A stretch of 61,926 nt of DNA, filler included, from Choristocarpus tenellus KU-1152 (taxonomy: Eukaryota > Protista > Phaeophyceae), in assembly GCA_964200185.2 (NCBI GenBank). It is 5 parts of 5 records of this genome, joined end to end, with 100 filler letters (N's around TTAATTAATTAA, not from the genome) between each part and the next. Parts side by side here need not be neighbours in the genome. Positions count along the whole stretch, not along the records: positions 1 to 29,899 come from CAXNAD020000097.1; 4 more parts are not named here. One strand, written 5' to 3'. The notes beneath the pieces were generated by a model. The model was not told the origin of the DNA. It saw only the letters and a list, made by a program, of their open reading frames with translations, and ran no database searches. Below, piece after piece: positions 13,516-26,200 of the stretch. How positions within the stretch are numbered: position 1 is the stretch's first letter; each line of letters starts with the position of its first letter. The translations under genes and the position numbers were made by a program.

Positions 13516-16500
13516 TTGATAGATATATAGATTGATAGATATTTCAATGTTTGTTCACACTGCCCTAGGAACTCTACTCTACCCTGATATCATACTGGTT
13601 CTCAACAAAAATGACCCTGGTCTGAAATGGTCCTAGACAGTCAGAACGCTGATGATCGTTGTACTTACAACAGTTTCGATAGTTTCAACAGTTTCAACGG
13701 TTACAAGCCTTGCTCTCAATCCCTTCCTCTCTCAGGCTGGAGTAGAGATCTGTCTAGTTCTGGGCAAGTTGGAGATGAGTACAGATGCCCTTCTTGCTGC
13801 TGTTTTGTCTGGAGTGCTTCGACCAAATGCTGGCACCCTGGGGTTTGGACGGGCTAGGGTCACAGTTGGAGACATTGAGGATGGGTTTGGACCCCATGTA
13901 GCAAATTTGGTGGAAAGTTTTGAGAGAGTCACACGTTTGGAGGAGATGGCGCAGACAAGACTCGGTGGACATGCAAAGGGTGGACATGCAAAGGGTACCA
14001 AGGATATTCACCTCCAGCAACTGAATGCTATTGATCCAAGTGGTGACAGTGTCAAAGGGAGGTGGGAAAGAGATGGAACCACTGAAGAACAGGTGAGATT
14101 ATTGTTGTTTTTATTATTGCTGTTATTGTTTCTATTTCTCTCAGTATTTCTGTTACTGTTCTGTTATCACTATACTATTATTGCTATCACTGTACTATTA
14201 TTGCTATCACTGTATTATTATTGCTATCGCAATACTATTATTGCTATCACTGTACTATTATTGTTATCACTGTATTATTATTGCTATCACAATACTATTA
14301 TTGCTATCTCTGTATTATTATTGTTATCACTATTGTAGTTACACTATGCTGTTATCATTACAATTATTATTGTTTATTATTATTATTATTTTGTTACGAT
14401 TTATATAGTTCTAACCCTAACCCTAAGCCCTGAAAGACAGAGATCCCTCCAAATAGAGTAGCTATATGAGTGCGATAGCCTTGTTATCAATTCAATATGT
14501 TCATACTATTGCATAAAATATATTAGGTGCAATGTCACAAAAATACTTATTAAAGTATGTTACTATTGTGGGAACAGTTTGATAAAACAATCCTTCTCTG
14601 TGAGTGTTTTCCTAGGACGCAGTTGTGTAGTTATTGGCGTTAGGGTTAGGGTTAGGGTTAGGGTTAGGGTTAGGGTTAGGGTTAGGGTTAGGGTTTCGTA
14701 GATATTTGTGAGAGACGAATTTTCTTTTTGAAGGGTCTATCAGAAAAAGGAGTACCTATCTTGTAGAGGTGTTTGTGCATATTATCATATTCATTGTCGT
14801 GCTATCATCATATAATTAATTTTCATATCATTAATTATCATATCATTAAATTTTTGTATCATTAATTATCATATCAGTAGTTATCGTATCATTAATTTTC
14901 ATATCATTAATTATCATACCATAGTTATCACATCGTAATCTTTTTGATTCAATATCAAATGGCGTGCACTATATATTTCTTAATTCTATTTTCTCAAAAA
15001 GTAAAGCAGTACAGAGAGTCTAACCCTAATTGTAAGACTTATAAATAATTAGCAGTGTGGTGTGGAACTGGGATATATGTTTTATTCCATCTTTTTGACA
15101 ATTGTACCAACATCTAACAGTTACCATCTACACCATAAACTCTAGCTTACCTAACCAATTTACTAACTGGTAACAGTCTTTGGATTAGGGTTAGGGGTTG
15201 ATAAAATGCTATCATATTAATAACCCTCGGTATTCTAACCCTAACCCTAACTATTTATTCTAACCCTAACTCGATTAATTATTTATTTATAATGTGTTTG
15301 ATTTTGTTGTATTGATATTTCATGTTCAGGGTTAGGGTACGAAGGAAGGATGTATTCACATTAGGGTTAGGGTTATTTAAATGTATCTCTTTATATTGCA
15401 GTCATGTTGTGAATGTTCAACAATGTTGATGACTGCACAATATACATACATGCATACTCACATTAGGTTATTTAAATGTATCTCTTTATATTGCAGTCAT
15501 GTTGTGAATGTTCAACAATGTTGATGACTGCAATATACATACATACATACATACATACATACATACATACATACATACATACATACATGCATGCATACAT
15601 AGGTATATATATCAAGTTTATTTTGTTTGATTTTACTTCACACAGGTGGAGAAATTGCGAGATTTGATTCTATCTGAGGTGTCAGACTGGCAGGTACTGA
15701 CTCTCTGTCTAGCGGCACACCTACAGGAACTTCAGTCAGCACTTCAATCAGGTGGCAGAGGGTCAGCGCAGGTATGGCTTGAGTTGAGTTGGCTTCCATT
15801 TGTATCTTGATATAGCATGTTCTGATGTGTGTTGATACTTTGTTTTGTCCTTCTGCTGTTTACTCTTCTCTTCTGATGTATGTTGCTTCCTGCCCTCCTT
15901 CCCTAGCCCTATGACAATATCTGTGTGAAGTGGTTAGGGTTACTCTAGAAGTTGATCCGTACCTTATATGTGATCCGTACCTTATATGTGACATCCGTTA
16001 TCCAGGTCAACATTAGAGTTAGGGTTAGGGCAATTTGCACTCTGACCTTCACTCCTATGACAATGACATTGTTTTATTATTATTTTTGGAACTATTTGCT
16101 CTGTAGTCTATTGTCCGTATATCACCCTAACCCTAACCCCAACTTGGTCTTGGTCTGCAGTGTCTAACATATATTAATAGCACTATACTTTTGGTTAAGG
16201 GTTAGGGTTAGGGTTAAGGCAATTTTCAGGCGCCACTTTTTCTTTTAATATAGTTATTGTATGTTTTCAGGTGTCAGGACAGTGTTTTATTGTGTATAGT
16301 GCCTGTTGTTGAAGGGTTAGGGTTACTTTACGCCTGATTGAGGGATGATTATTCATTTTGATTATTGTTTATTTTGATTACTATTTATTTTGAGGTTTGA
16401 AATGTTCCATGTGTCTTTCTTGAACATTTGAGTGTAATTTTAGTGTAATTTTGTAGTGGAAATGAATGTAACGAATTTGGAGAATGTGATATTCCTGTTC

Positions 16501-17230
16501 CAAAGTCAATGTTTCATGTTGCAAATTTGTCTTTTCATTTATTGTTATTTTATTATTGTTATTTTATTATTGTTGTATTTCACGTTAGTATAGTTTTCTG
16601 GATTATTTGTATTATTGTATTGTGGAACACTCACTGTGCTCCACCAGATCTTTCTGTGGGAAAGTTCTCAGTACAAGAGTTTCTGTTCCATTAAAAAAAT
16701 ATTTTTCAAAATTTGTTTTTAGTACAATGTAGTTTGATACGAAAAAATCATCAGGTTTTGTGGAGTTCCTCATTTTGCACCTTTTTGTTGTTATGGTTGG
16801 AAAGAGGCGGTATGCAAGTGGTTTAGGGTTACCTAACCCTAACCCTAACCTGAAGTTGCTTTTGCTGAGTGAAGAAATATTGAGATTAGTATATATAGTT
16901 CATGTAATGGTATTGACACTACCTATGATGATGATGTCATGGTATTGCATTTTATAGATATATTACAGATGTGGAGTTGATACGATGTATTGTATGTATT
17001 TTTGTAATTGGTGTCATGGTAGTGTTACTATGTATGTATTTTTGTAATTGATGTCATGGTAGTGTTATTATTAGTGTTACTATGTATGTATATTTGTAAT
17101 TGATGTCATGGTAGTGTTATTATTAGTGTTACGATGTATGTATTTTTGTAATTGATGTCATGGTACTGTTACTATGTATGTATTTTGTAAAGGTGTCATG
17201 GTACTGTTATTATTACTATTATTATGTATG

Positions 17231-17270
<40 letters not shown>

Positions 17271-20200
17271 GTTATGTATGCATACATTTTCTAATCGTGG
17301 TTTTCAAGGAAATGGATGTTTGCAAGGTAATGTGCCCCACTGTATCTGATGATTCATTAATGAGGGTCAAAGTTAGGGTTAGGGATAGGGTTATCTGATT
17401 CATAGGGTTAGGGTTAGGGTTATCTAATTCATAGTTGAACATTGTATACTATGTGCGCTATGTGTATTATACTTAATACTGTATGTTATTCTATGTGTTT
17501 CTGTAGTATTTTATATTCAACCTGTTGATGATACTATGTAGGTAAAACTACTACAGTATATCACCTTGAGCAGCTAATGGCACAGACACCGTGATGCACT
17601 CACCTCTGTGATGTACTGTACAGTCTTCCCCACCCCTTTATTATGCTGACTGTAGTTGTGGAGAGAGCTCTACCCTTAACATGCCCTACCTTGATCTGCA
17701 TATTGGCACCTGTATATTGGTAACTGTGTATTGGTTCAGTTGGCGAGGGATGCCCTGCACATTCACGGACCACTTGCACATCGCCTGGGTGTACACCAAT
17801 TGAAAAATGAATTGGAGGGATTGGCATTCAGGAGGCTATACCCACAGGAATTCCAGCATGTGTTGGATCAGACACAAGCAAGAGCTGCAGTGTATAGGGA
17901 AGTATTGGATTGCATCAAGGAGGCTGTGGCACTGGCCCTCAATAGCAATGTGTCCTTCAAATCCCAGGTATGGTATGGTATGGTATGGTATGTTGTCTTG
18001 GGACTAAGGTATGGGATAGGGCTAAGGTTAGGGCTAGATTAAGCAGGCTGCGCTCTCTGTTATATGAAGGGCTCTAGTTTACCTTGTGTTGTGTGTTGTG
18101 TGTTGTGGTACTTTATCACCAGTACTTTATCACCAGTATTTTATTACCAGTAACTTATCACCAGTTCTATATCACCAGTACTGTATCAGTAGTACTTTAT
18201 CACTAGTACTTTATCACCAGTATTTTATTACCAGTAATTTATCACCAGTTCTATATCACCAGTACTGTATCACTAGTACTTTATCACTAGTACTTTATCA
18301 CCAGTATTTTATTACCAGTAACTTATCACCAGTTCTATATCACTAGTACTGTATCACTAGTACTTATCACTAGTACTTTATCACTAGTATTTTATTACCA
18401 GTAACTTATCACCAGTTCTATATCACCAGTACTGTATCACTAGTAACTTATCACCAGTACTTTATTGCCAGTATTTTATTGCCAGTATTTTATTACCAGT
18501 ATTTTATTACCAGTACTTTATCACCAGTACTTTATCACTAGTACTTTATCACTAGTACTTTATCACTAGTACTTTATCACTAGTACTTTATCACTAGTAC
18601 TTTATTGCCAGTGTTGCGCTTGTCTGCTTTTGTCAATGAAGGCAACAGAGTTTACACAAATAGTAATAATAGTACTAGTAGTCTATTAATGAGATTGTGG
18701 GAAGAAGTCTTGGGAATTGTGAGAAGGGCCTGGTGGAGATTGATCCAATTTAGGTTTGAAGTGTTTACTTAGATCTTGATTGAGCAAAATAATTGGACAG
18801 CCCTGCCGCAGTTCCAATTCAAATTTGAAAACATGGCGAACAAACTCAAAGTTTCACAAGTTCATCATTTTTATTATTTTTCCCATATTAAAATCAAGTA
18901 ATTCAAATTTATAGTGTGCCTGCAGTATATTAGCACTATCTTTTATTTGAGTATCTGTTTTTCTGTTCACATGTTGTACATAAATTGTATATTAATTATA
19001 CTTAAATTGTGCATAAATCAGAGGGGAGATTGTTGGGAGGTTTGAACATGAGTTGAGGATCTTGGACATGGTGTTCAAAGACCAACCAGAGGTGCGTTTG
19101 AGAGTTGGTGATGTCAGCATGATGTTTCTGGTCTTAGTTTGATATGGAATGATATATTCTCACCTGTGTTTAGATTCTAATACTTGAGGATAGTTGGAGC
19201 AAAGGGTTCAGCTAGAAATTTTGATACTTAGCACTTCATGCTGAGGAATTTTTAGTAACTAGATACAAGGAGATATGGCACAATCACTGATCACTAATCA
19301 CTGGTCACCTTTTTGAATGGGCTGCTGATCACTCTTCAACTCAATGTCACTAGTTAACTCAATGTCACTAGTTAACTCAATGTCACTATTCAAATCAATG
19401 TCACTATTTAACTCAATGTCACTATTCAAATCAATGTCTATCCTGGTGAAACGGTTTGAGACCTGTATTTAGAGAGAAGTAATGGCAACAGCCTTACTAC
19501 TAGTCCAATATGATAGGGTTAGGGTTACTGATCACCTTGTGCCGTAGGTTGCATTGTGTTTAGAGTTAGGGTTTGTATTGTGTTGTGTGGCAGGCAAAAA
19601 ATGGTTTCACTCTCCAGTGTTAGACGGTAGTAGGGTTCGGGTTAGGGTTAGGGTTAATGTGTTTCCATTGACTCTCCAATGAGAAGGTTGTCATTTTGAG
19701 TTTTGCTGCTGTTTTGGAATGTGCAGGTGAACATGCAAATTAACATGAAAATTAACTTGAAAATTAACATGAAAATTAACATGAAAATTAACATGAAAAT
19801 TAACATGAAAATGAAGACTGTTGTACATACGAAACCAAAAGTGGACATTAAAGTATGTAAGAAACTGAACAGTGAACACGAAAGTATACATGAAACTGAA
19901 AAATGGACATTAGAGTATACATGAAACTTAAGAGTAGACATGAAAGTGAACATTACAGCACTTTTTAAAATTGTCTCCAGCTGTTAATTTGGTATTAATT
20001 GTAGGATTTTTGCCAATACAGAGTACACTGGGTTTGACATAGTTCTTCTAATTTCTCAAGACGGACATGACATGACATGACATGACATGACATGACATGC
20101 TATCCTATCCTCTCAAGTGAGACGTATTTTGCCATTGCAATGCCACCCTAACCCTAATCCAAGGCTTGTGTCTCTGTGATGTGATACAATAACTATGGTA

Positions 20201-23200
20201 CAGTTCCTGTAGTGTGGTATGTACACCTGGCATTATACTCATGATGCAAACGTCCTATCCCCCCACCAATACAAGCATAACTCTTAACACTTTAAATTAA
20301 TATTGTATTGATAACATTAATAAGAATGTATTGATAGTATTAGTAATAATGGAGTGTGTGGTAGGTGTTTATTATTTGTGTTGTGTGAGTCAAAAGTTAA
20401 ATTGCTCATGAGTGTTAAGTTAAATTACCTCGATAAATTTGATAGTATTAATAATAATGGACGTACTTGGTTACAATAAAAACATACACAGTGTGTGAAT
20501 CAAGGCAAGTCAATCAAATACTATGAGGAATAGGCACATCCATGCAATAATATCAAGTTGACCAATCAAATACTATGAGGAATAGGCACATCCATGCAAT
20601 AATATCAAGTTGACCAATCAAATACTGCGAGGAATAGGCATATCCATGCAAAAACAATTGGTTGACCAATAAAAGTACTCCTCAATTTGATTTTTGTTTT
20701 GGATTAAATCAAAATCTTTTCAAATCACTGCGGTTTGCAGGACTGATAATTTTAATTCCTTACTGTTCATTTAATTCTTCAATAGAAAAGGAAAGGGTGG
20801 TTCCTTTACCCTTGCTAATGGAACATTTTTTTGTTATTCCCAGGTGGATGGGGACATAATGCTGCAGCAGCGAATCAAGGAACCATATTCCATGTGGAAG
20901 AAGATGTCCAGACAAAATGTGGGGGTGGAAGGCGTCTACGATGCAGCAGCACTGAGGGTTGTGTTCAAAACCTCAAGGAGAGGAGAAGAGGTGGAGGAGA
21001 CCTATACAGCTCGATCAGAGGATATGTGCTACAAGGTACAGTGCAGTATCAATATCAATATCAATATCAATATAGTACATCTATTGATGTTGATGTTGAT
21101 GTTGATATTGATATTGATATTGATAAATTATACTGTTCAACAGTAGTAGCAGAATGCAGCAAGTGTTTAGCAGCTCTCTACAATGTACTTTGTTGCTTCA
21201 TGCTCGTTTTTTGATGAATTTATACTGTATTATATCATATCAAATCATAAACACACCATATCATACCATGGCATATCATACCATATCATATCATATGACA
21301 CCATTCCATTCCATACTATACTGTTCCATACTATACTGTTCCATAACATACCATGGCATATCATATGACACCATTCCATTCCATACTATACTGTTCCATA
21401 CTATACTGTTCCATAACATACTGTTCCATAACATACTGTTCCATACTATACTGTTCCATAACATACTGTTCCATAACATACTGTTCCATAACATACTGTT
21501 CCATAACATACTGTTCCATAACATACTGTTCCATACTATACTGTTCCATAACATACCAACACGCAACAGCCATGTCCGTGTGTTACTTCTTACTTGACCA
21601 ACGCTGACAAAAAATGCCTCTTTGAGAGGCCCCTAACTCTAACCCTAACTCTAAGATATTTAATGGTTTCCTAATGCGCTAATCTGTCAAGTATTGCCAA
21701 AATTGATGTGTGATCTGTGATGTGTACTTGTTATGAAATTGATACCACTTCAGGCTATGTCCTTGGCCCAGGAGATGTTAGTTCACAAGGGATACCCACC
21801 TGTAGAGGGTAGATACAAGGACTATGTTGCCCACCCCAAGCCGAATGGATACCAGAGCCTCCATGCAACACACCTTGTACCAGATGCTAGTAACCAAGAC
21901 CTGCTGATCCCTATTGAGTTGCAGGTGCGATACCTGTAGTGATAGCAATGGTTTGTATTAGGGTTTGTATTAGGGTTTGTATTAGGGTTAGGGTTTGCAG
22001 GTTCTCAGAGCATTTGACCTATTTTTGTTTAAGAATTGTGTTTGTTGTTGTCCTATTAATTGGAAGTAAGGTTCCTGTTGATATTAGTAGTCATAATGGT
22101 ATTTTTGGTGCTCAAGAGTAGTGGGATTTCAAGGTAGCTTTTTTAAAATGTTTTTTGTTAATCCTGTACATCACCCCAAAAATTTGGAACACATTTTGAC
22201 AAGCTTATTTTATTATTTATCATTTATTATTATTTAGTGCTGTGATAGTATCTTGCATTTTGGATGCCAAGTTGGTTCTTTAAGGATACTAATAGTAGAC
22301 AGAACGGCTTCCACTTGGCCTCACAAATGTGAGCACTCCAGTCTGGTTACTAATAATAGTAAATAATAGTAAATAATACTAATAGAGACAGATCCGGTTC
22401 CATTATTTTGTGACAAGTCTGGATCACGTGGCAGTAGTAATGGTAGTACTATTACTATTACTGACTTGAGCATTTTTACGTGGTGGTCCATGACCTGATC
22501 TGGTTCCAATATGTATCTGCAAGGCCTGTCCAGGGCTGTCAGAAATGTAACAAGACTGACGCACAGCTTGGACTGTTACCAATAGTTTCCAACAGGTTAA
22601 TTGCACACATAGTAAGGCAGATAATCTAAATCTTTCAAACCTCTTCAGTGAACAAGAAATTTCTTTTTTACCGTATGAATAGTAAGAATAGTCAGAATAG
22701 TAAGATAAGAATAGTCAGAATAGTCAGAATAGTAGGGATGGATATATACAGCTGGGACAGGTTCAGGGTCAGCCTAAGGTGTTTTAACTGGGCTGGTGCA
22801 GGAATGGGAGGTATTTGTATGGGTCTGTGGATGACCTACAGCCTTGATATTGATAGAAACTGTGCTGCTCAGTTAGCAGTCTTGATATTGATATCAGATA
22901 CTGGATGATAATGAATGGTGAGCAGGGGTTAGGGTTGGGGTTAGAGATTTTGTGTGACTACTGAGGTACTAGTATGTACAATATGATAGCCAGCTTCTTG
23001 TCTGAAGAGTATTACTCATGTAAGTTGCTGGTAAATATAGCTTGGTTTGATTTAATTTGATTTGATTTGTTGGAGCTAGGGTTAGGGCATGGTAACAGCT
23101 GATATCCAGTTAACATGCAATATCGTTGATGTTAAAGTGAGAATATGACCCATTAGTTGAAATAAATACAGTACACATACATTCCCATTCTCTTTACATC

Positions 23201-26200
23201 ATTGGTATTTTGTTGGTATTTTGTTGGTATTTTGTTGTTTCTTTAGTACAGTTTATATGGTATGACATTTAGGGTTAGGGTTAGGGTTAATGTTCGTATG
23301 ACATTGGCTTTTTCTGAGTCTGAGGTTGGCCGGTGCCCTGTTTTTTTTTAGCTATAACCAAGGATGATAGAAAATCAATATGGAACAACCATTGCTTGCT
23401 GTAATGTAGAAGAAATATCTATGCCATATATGTTCTTGTCAGCTAGTACATTATCAATTGTAACAATATTACAATAATAACATTTGTTATTATTAAGATG
23501 GATATAATGTGTTGTTTGTTACAGGTGAGATCAATGAAGATGCACCAACAGGCAGAGTTTGGTTGTGCTGCTCACTGGAGTTACAAGGCCAATGAGGCAG
23601 AGGGGTTTGATGAAGTGGACTGGATGAGGGATACTCAAATATCTAGTAATAGTAACCTCAACAACTCAGGATCACAGGTGTGTATTTATCCAGTGTTAAA
23701 AATAATGAAAATAATAATAGTATTAATAATAGTAATAATCATATCAATATTGGCCTTTATTGTATGGGTGTTGGGCCCTCTCTTGACGAGAGGAATCTAT
23801 ACCCAAAGAGACAGTTAGAGACAGTTAGAGTCAGTCGTCTACTTGCAGTACCAAACAAATGTAACATATTATTATCTTCATTTTTATTGTTATAATGACT
23901 GTGATTATTACTAATATTATAGTCAGAGTATTAATTATAATCTTATTGCTAGTTACTATTATTACTATAAATATCAATATGATATTAAATATAATTGTTA
24001 TTATTGTTGTTAGGGTTAGGGTTAGAAGGTGTAGATATGAAATATTTATTTCCTGCAAGCATTTTTGGTTTGAGACAAAATATAAGTGTGAAGCTGAGAA
24101 AGGATTATGTTAAGATACAATATAATTAGGACTTGCAGCTGGATGTGACAAGCTGTTCCTAGTGTTGAGTTCGTTAAATTTGTCCCTCTTTTTGTGAAAT
24201 TAAGTTAATTGATAGATGATCAAAGGTCACTGATCCTTCAAAATATTTAGTGTGGCATATGAAAGAGCAAGTGGTTATATATTCTACTGAATAGACCTTG
24301 ATGTGATTCCAATATTTAAAGTGGAACAGGGCTTAGGGTTATGGCTTGTGTATCTCAACTGGATGCTAGATCCCAGCCTTTCACTCCTTGACTGCACTGG
24401 GTTAGGGTTAGCCCAACCCTAACCCTAAACACTGAATTTGAACTGAGCACAAATTACATACTAATCAACTCTTTGTAAAGCATTGTTGTGTGCTAATAGT
24501 AAATTATACATATTAATTGCTATGGAGGATAAGTTTGGGGGTTAGGATTAAAGTTGATGCTTTTGTTTGCATATGTGTGTCATTTGATGTTGAGTATACC
24601 CTTCACTACCAAGAGCTATCATGTCGTCAAGAATATTTTATCCTGGTCGCACACAAGTCCCCTTTTCTGCTCTTTATTTTTTTTAGGATAGCACTACGTG
24701 TGTATCTCCTCCTAACCCTAACCCTGACCCTGACCTTACCTCTAATAGTAATGGTAATGAAAGAGGTAGATACAGCTGTTATGTTTCTGGGGTAGTTGGA
24801 ATTGTGTTCTGTTCTGCAGGATAGTCTTAGGGTTAGGGTTAGGTTTAGGTCTTGCTGTTTCTGTTAACCCTAACCCTAACCCAATATTTAAAGAAAGAAA
24901 AAAAGGGTTACATTAACGGTAATAGAAGTAAATTCAAATTTCTGATTGTGTTCGTTGTTTGTTTGTCTCATTGGAGTCCTCTTATACTGGTCATACTTAT
25001 CCTATGTTTCAATAATCAACTTGGAGGAATGCAGAGTTCCATCTATTACCAATCTGTTGAGCAGGAGAGGTACCTGTGTGATCCCCTTGTGCCTCTGTTG
25101 TGGGCAAATGAATAGCTATGCTCGGAAGAGCAGTGATTGCTGTTTAGGGTTAGAGTTAGCTGTTTAGCCTGGGGCAAGTCAAGAGGTGTTAGGGTTAGGG
25201 TTAGACAAAACACTTCTCAAAGCTCCTTGTTATGCTGTTTTTTGTATGTAACCACTTTTGGCATGTTTGTATGTGCTCTTTCCATGCTCAGGAACATTTT
25301 GTTACTAATAACAAAAACACCTTGGATATTCCTGAGTCAGTGGTGTCTGGGAGGGATTTTGTGAACTGGCTACATCATCATCTCAAGCAAAAAAAGGTGA
25401 CAATAATATTTTCATAGTCTCTCTTTTGTACCACCATATTTTGATACCGGTCAGTTCCATTGAAACTGTCATTGAAACTGTCATCCCAATCCCTTTGGAT
25501 TGTTAAGCTGTCCTTGACGATCTGTTGTCCCACACAACCAGATATATTATTGTTTATTTGGTTGTATCATAGTTGAGAAGAGAGTGAAACACCATCACCA
25601 GATGGGGCTCACCAAACCTTACAGCAAATAACTCGGAATACCAAATGATCCAACAGTTCTCTAGCACGCTTCAGAAACACTTCTATTCTAACACTCTGAT
25701 TGGAACATTCCACAAAACTTCTTCTGGTCAAATACCCTACCCCTAAAGAAACACTTCTATTCTAACACTCTGAATGGAACATTCCACAAAACTTCTTCTG
25801 GTCAAATACCCTACCCCTAAATGTCCCGAATGTCCTGCATCATCGTTTGTGCATACATCTAATATGACTTTGAATAGTATTCTCATAAATGGTCAAGCAT
25901 GATCTTGACACGATATAGTACCCAGAATATGTTTTGTAATTGATGATGGATGCGACTATTCATAGTCATGCTGCCATGCATGTGTCCTACTGTTTGTGAT
26001 AGTACTATCCCTAACCCTTGAATATATTCCATTGGTTGTTACAAGTAGAAGGGTCCTGCTTCTAACTCTAACATTAATTCCTTGGTAGTGAGGATTTTAG
26101 TGATGCTGCTGAGTGTTTTGATTTAATTCACTTAGGGTTGGTATAAAGCAATACTGTAGAAGTAATACTGTAGAAGTATTGGGTGCGTAATGTTATTTGG

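Noticed and set aside
14093-14433. Hydrophobic/Cys-Tyr-rich ORF tails suggesting membrane proteins (also ORFs at 18086, 19654-19953, 21154-21607 and 33915-34488)
   Set aside because: These are translations of intronic minisatellites.
14640-14693. (TTAGGG)9 as a chromosome end
   Set aside because: It sits inside an intron of a continuous, in-frame gene.
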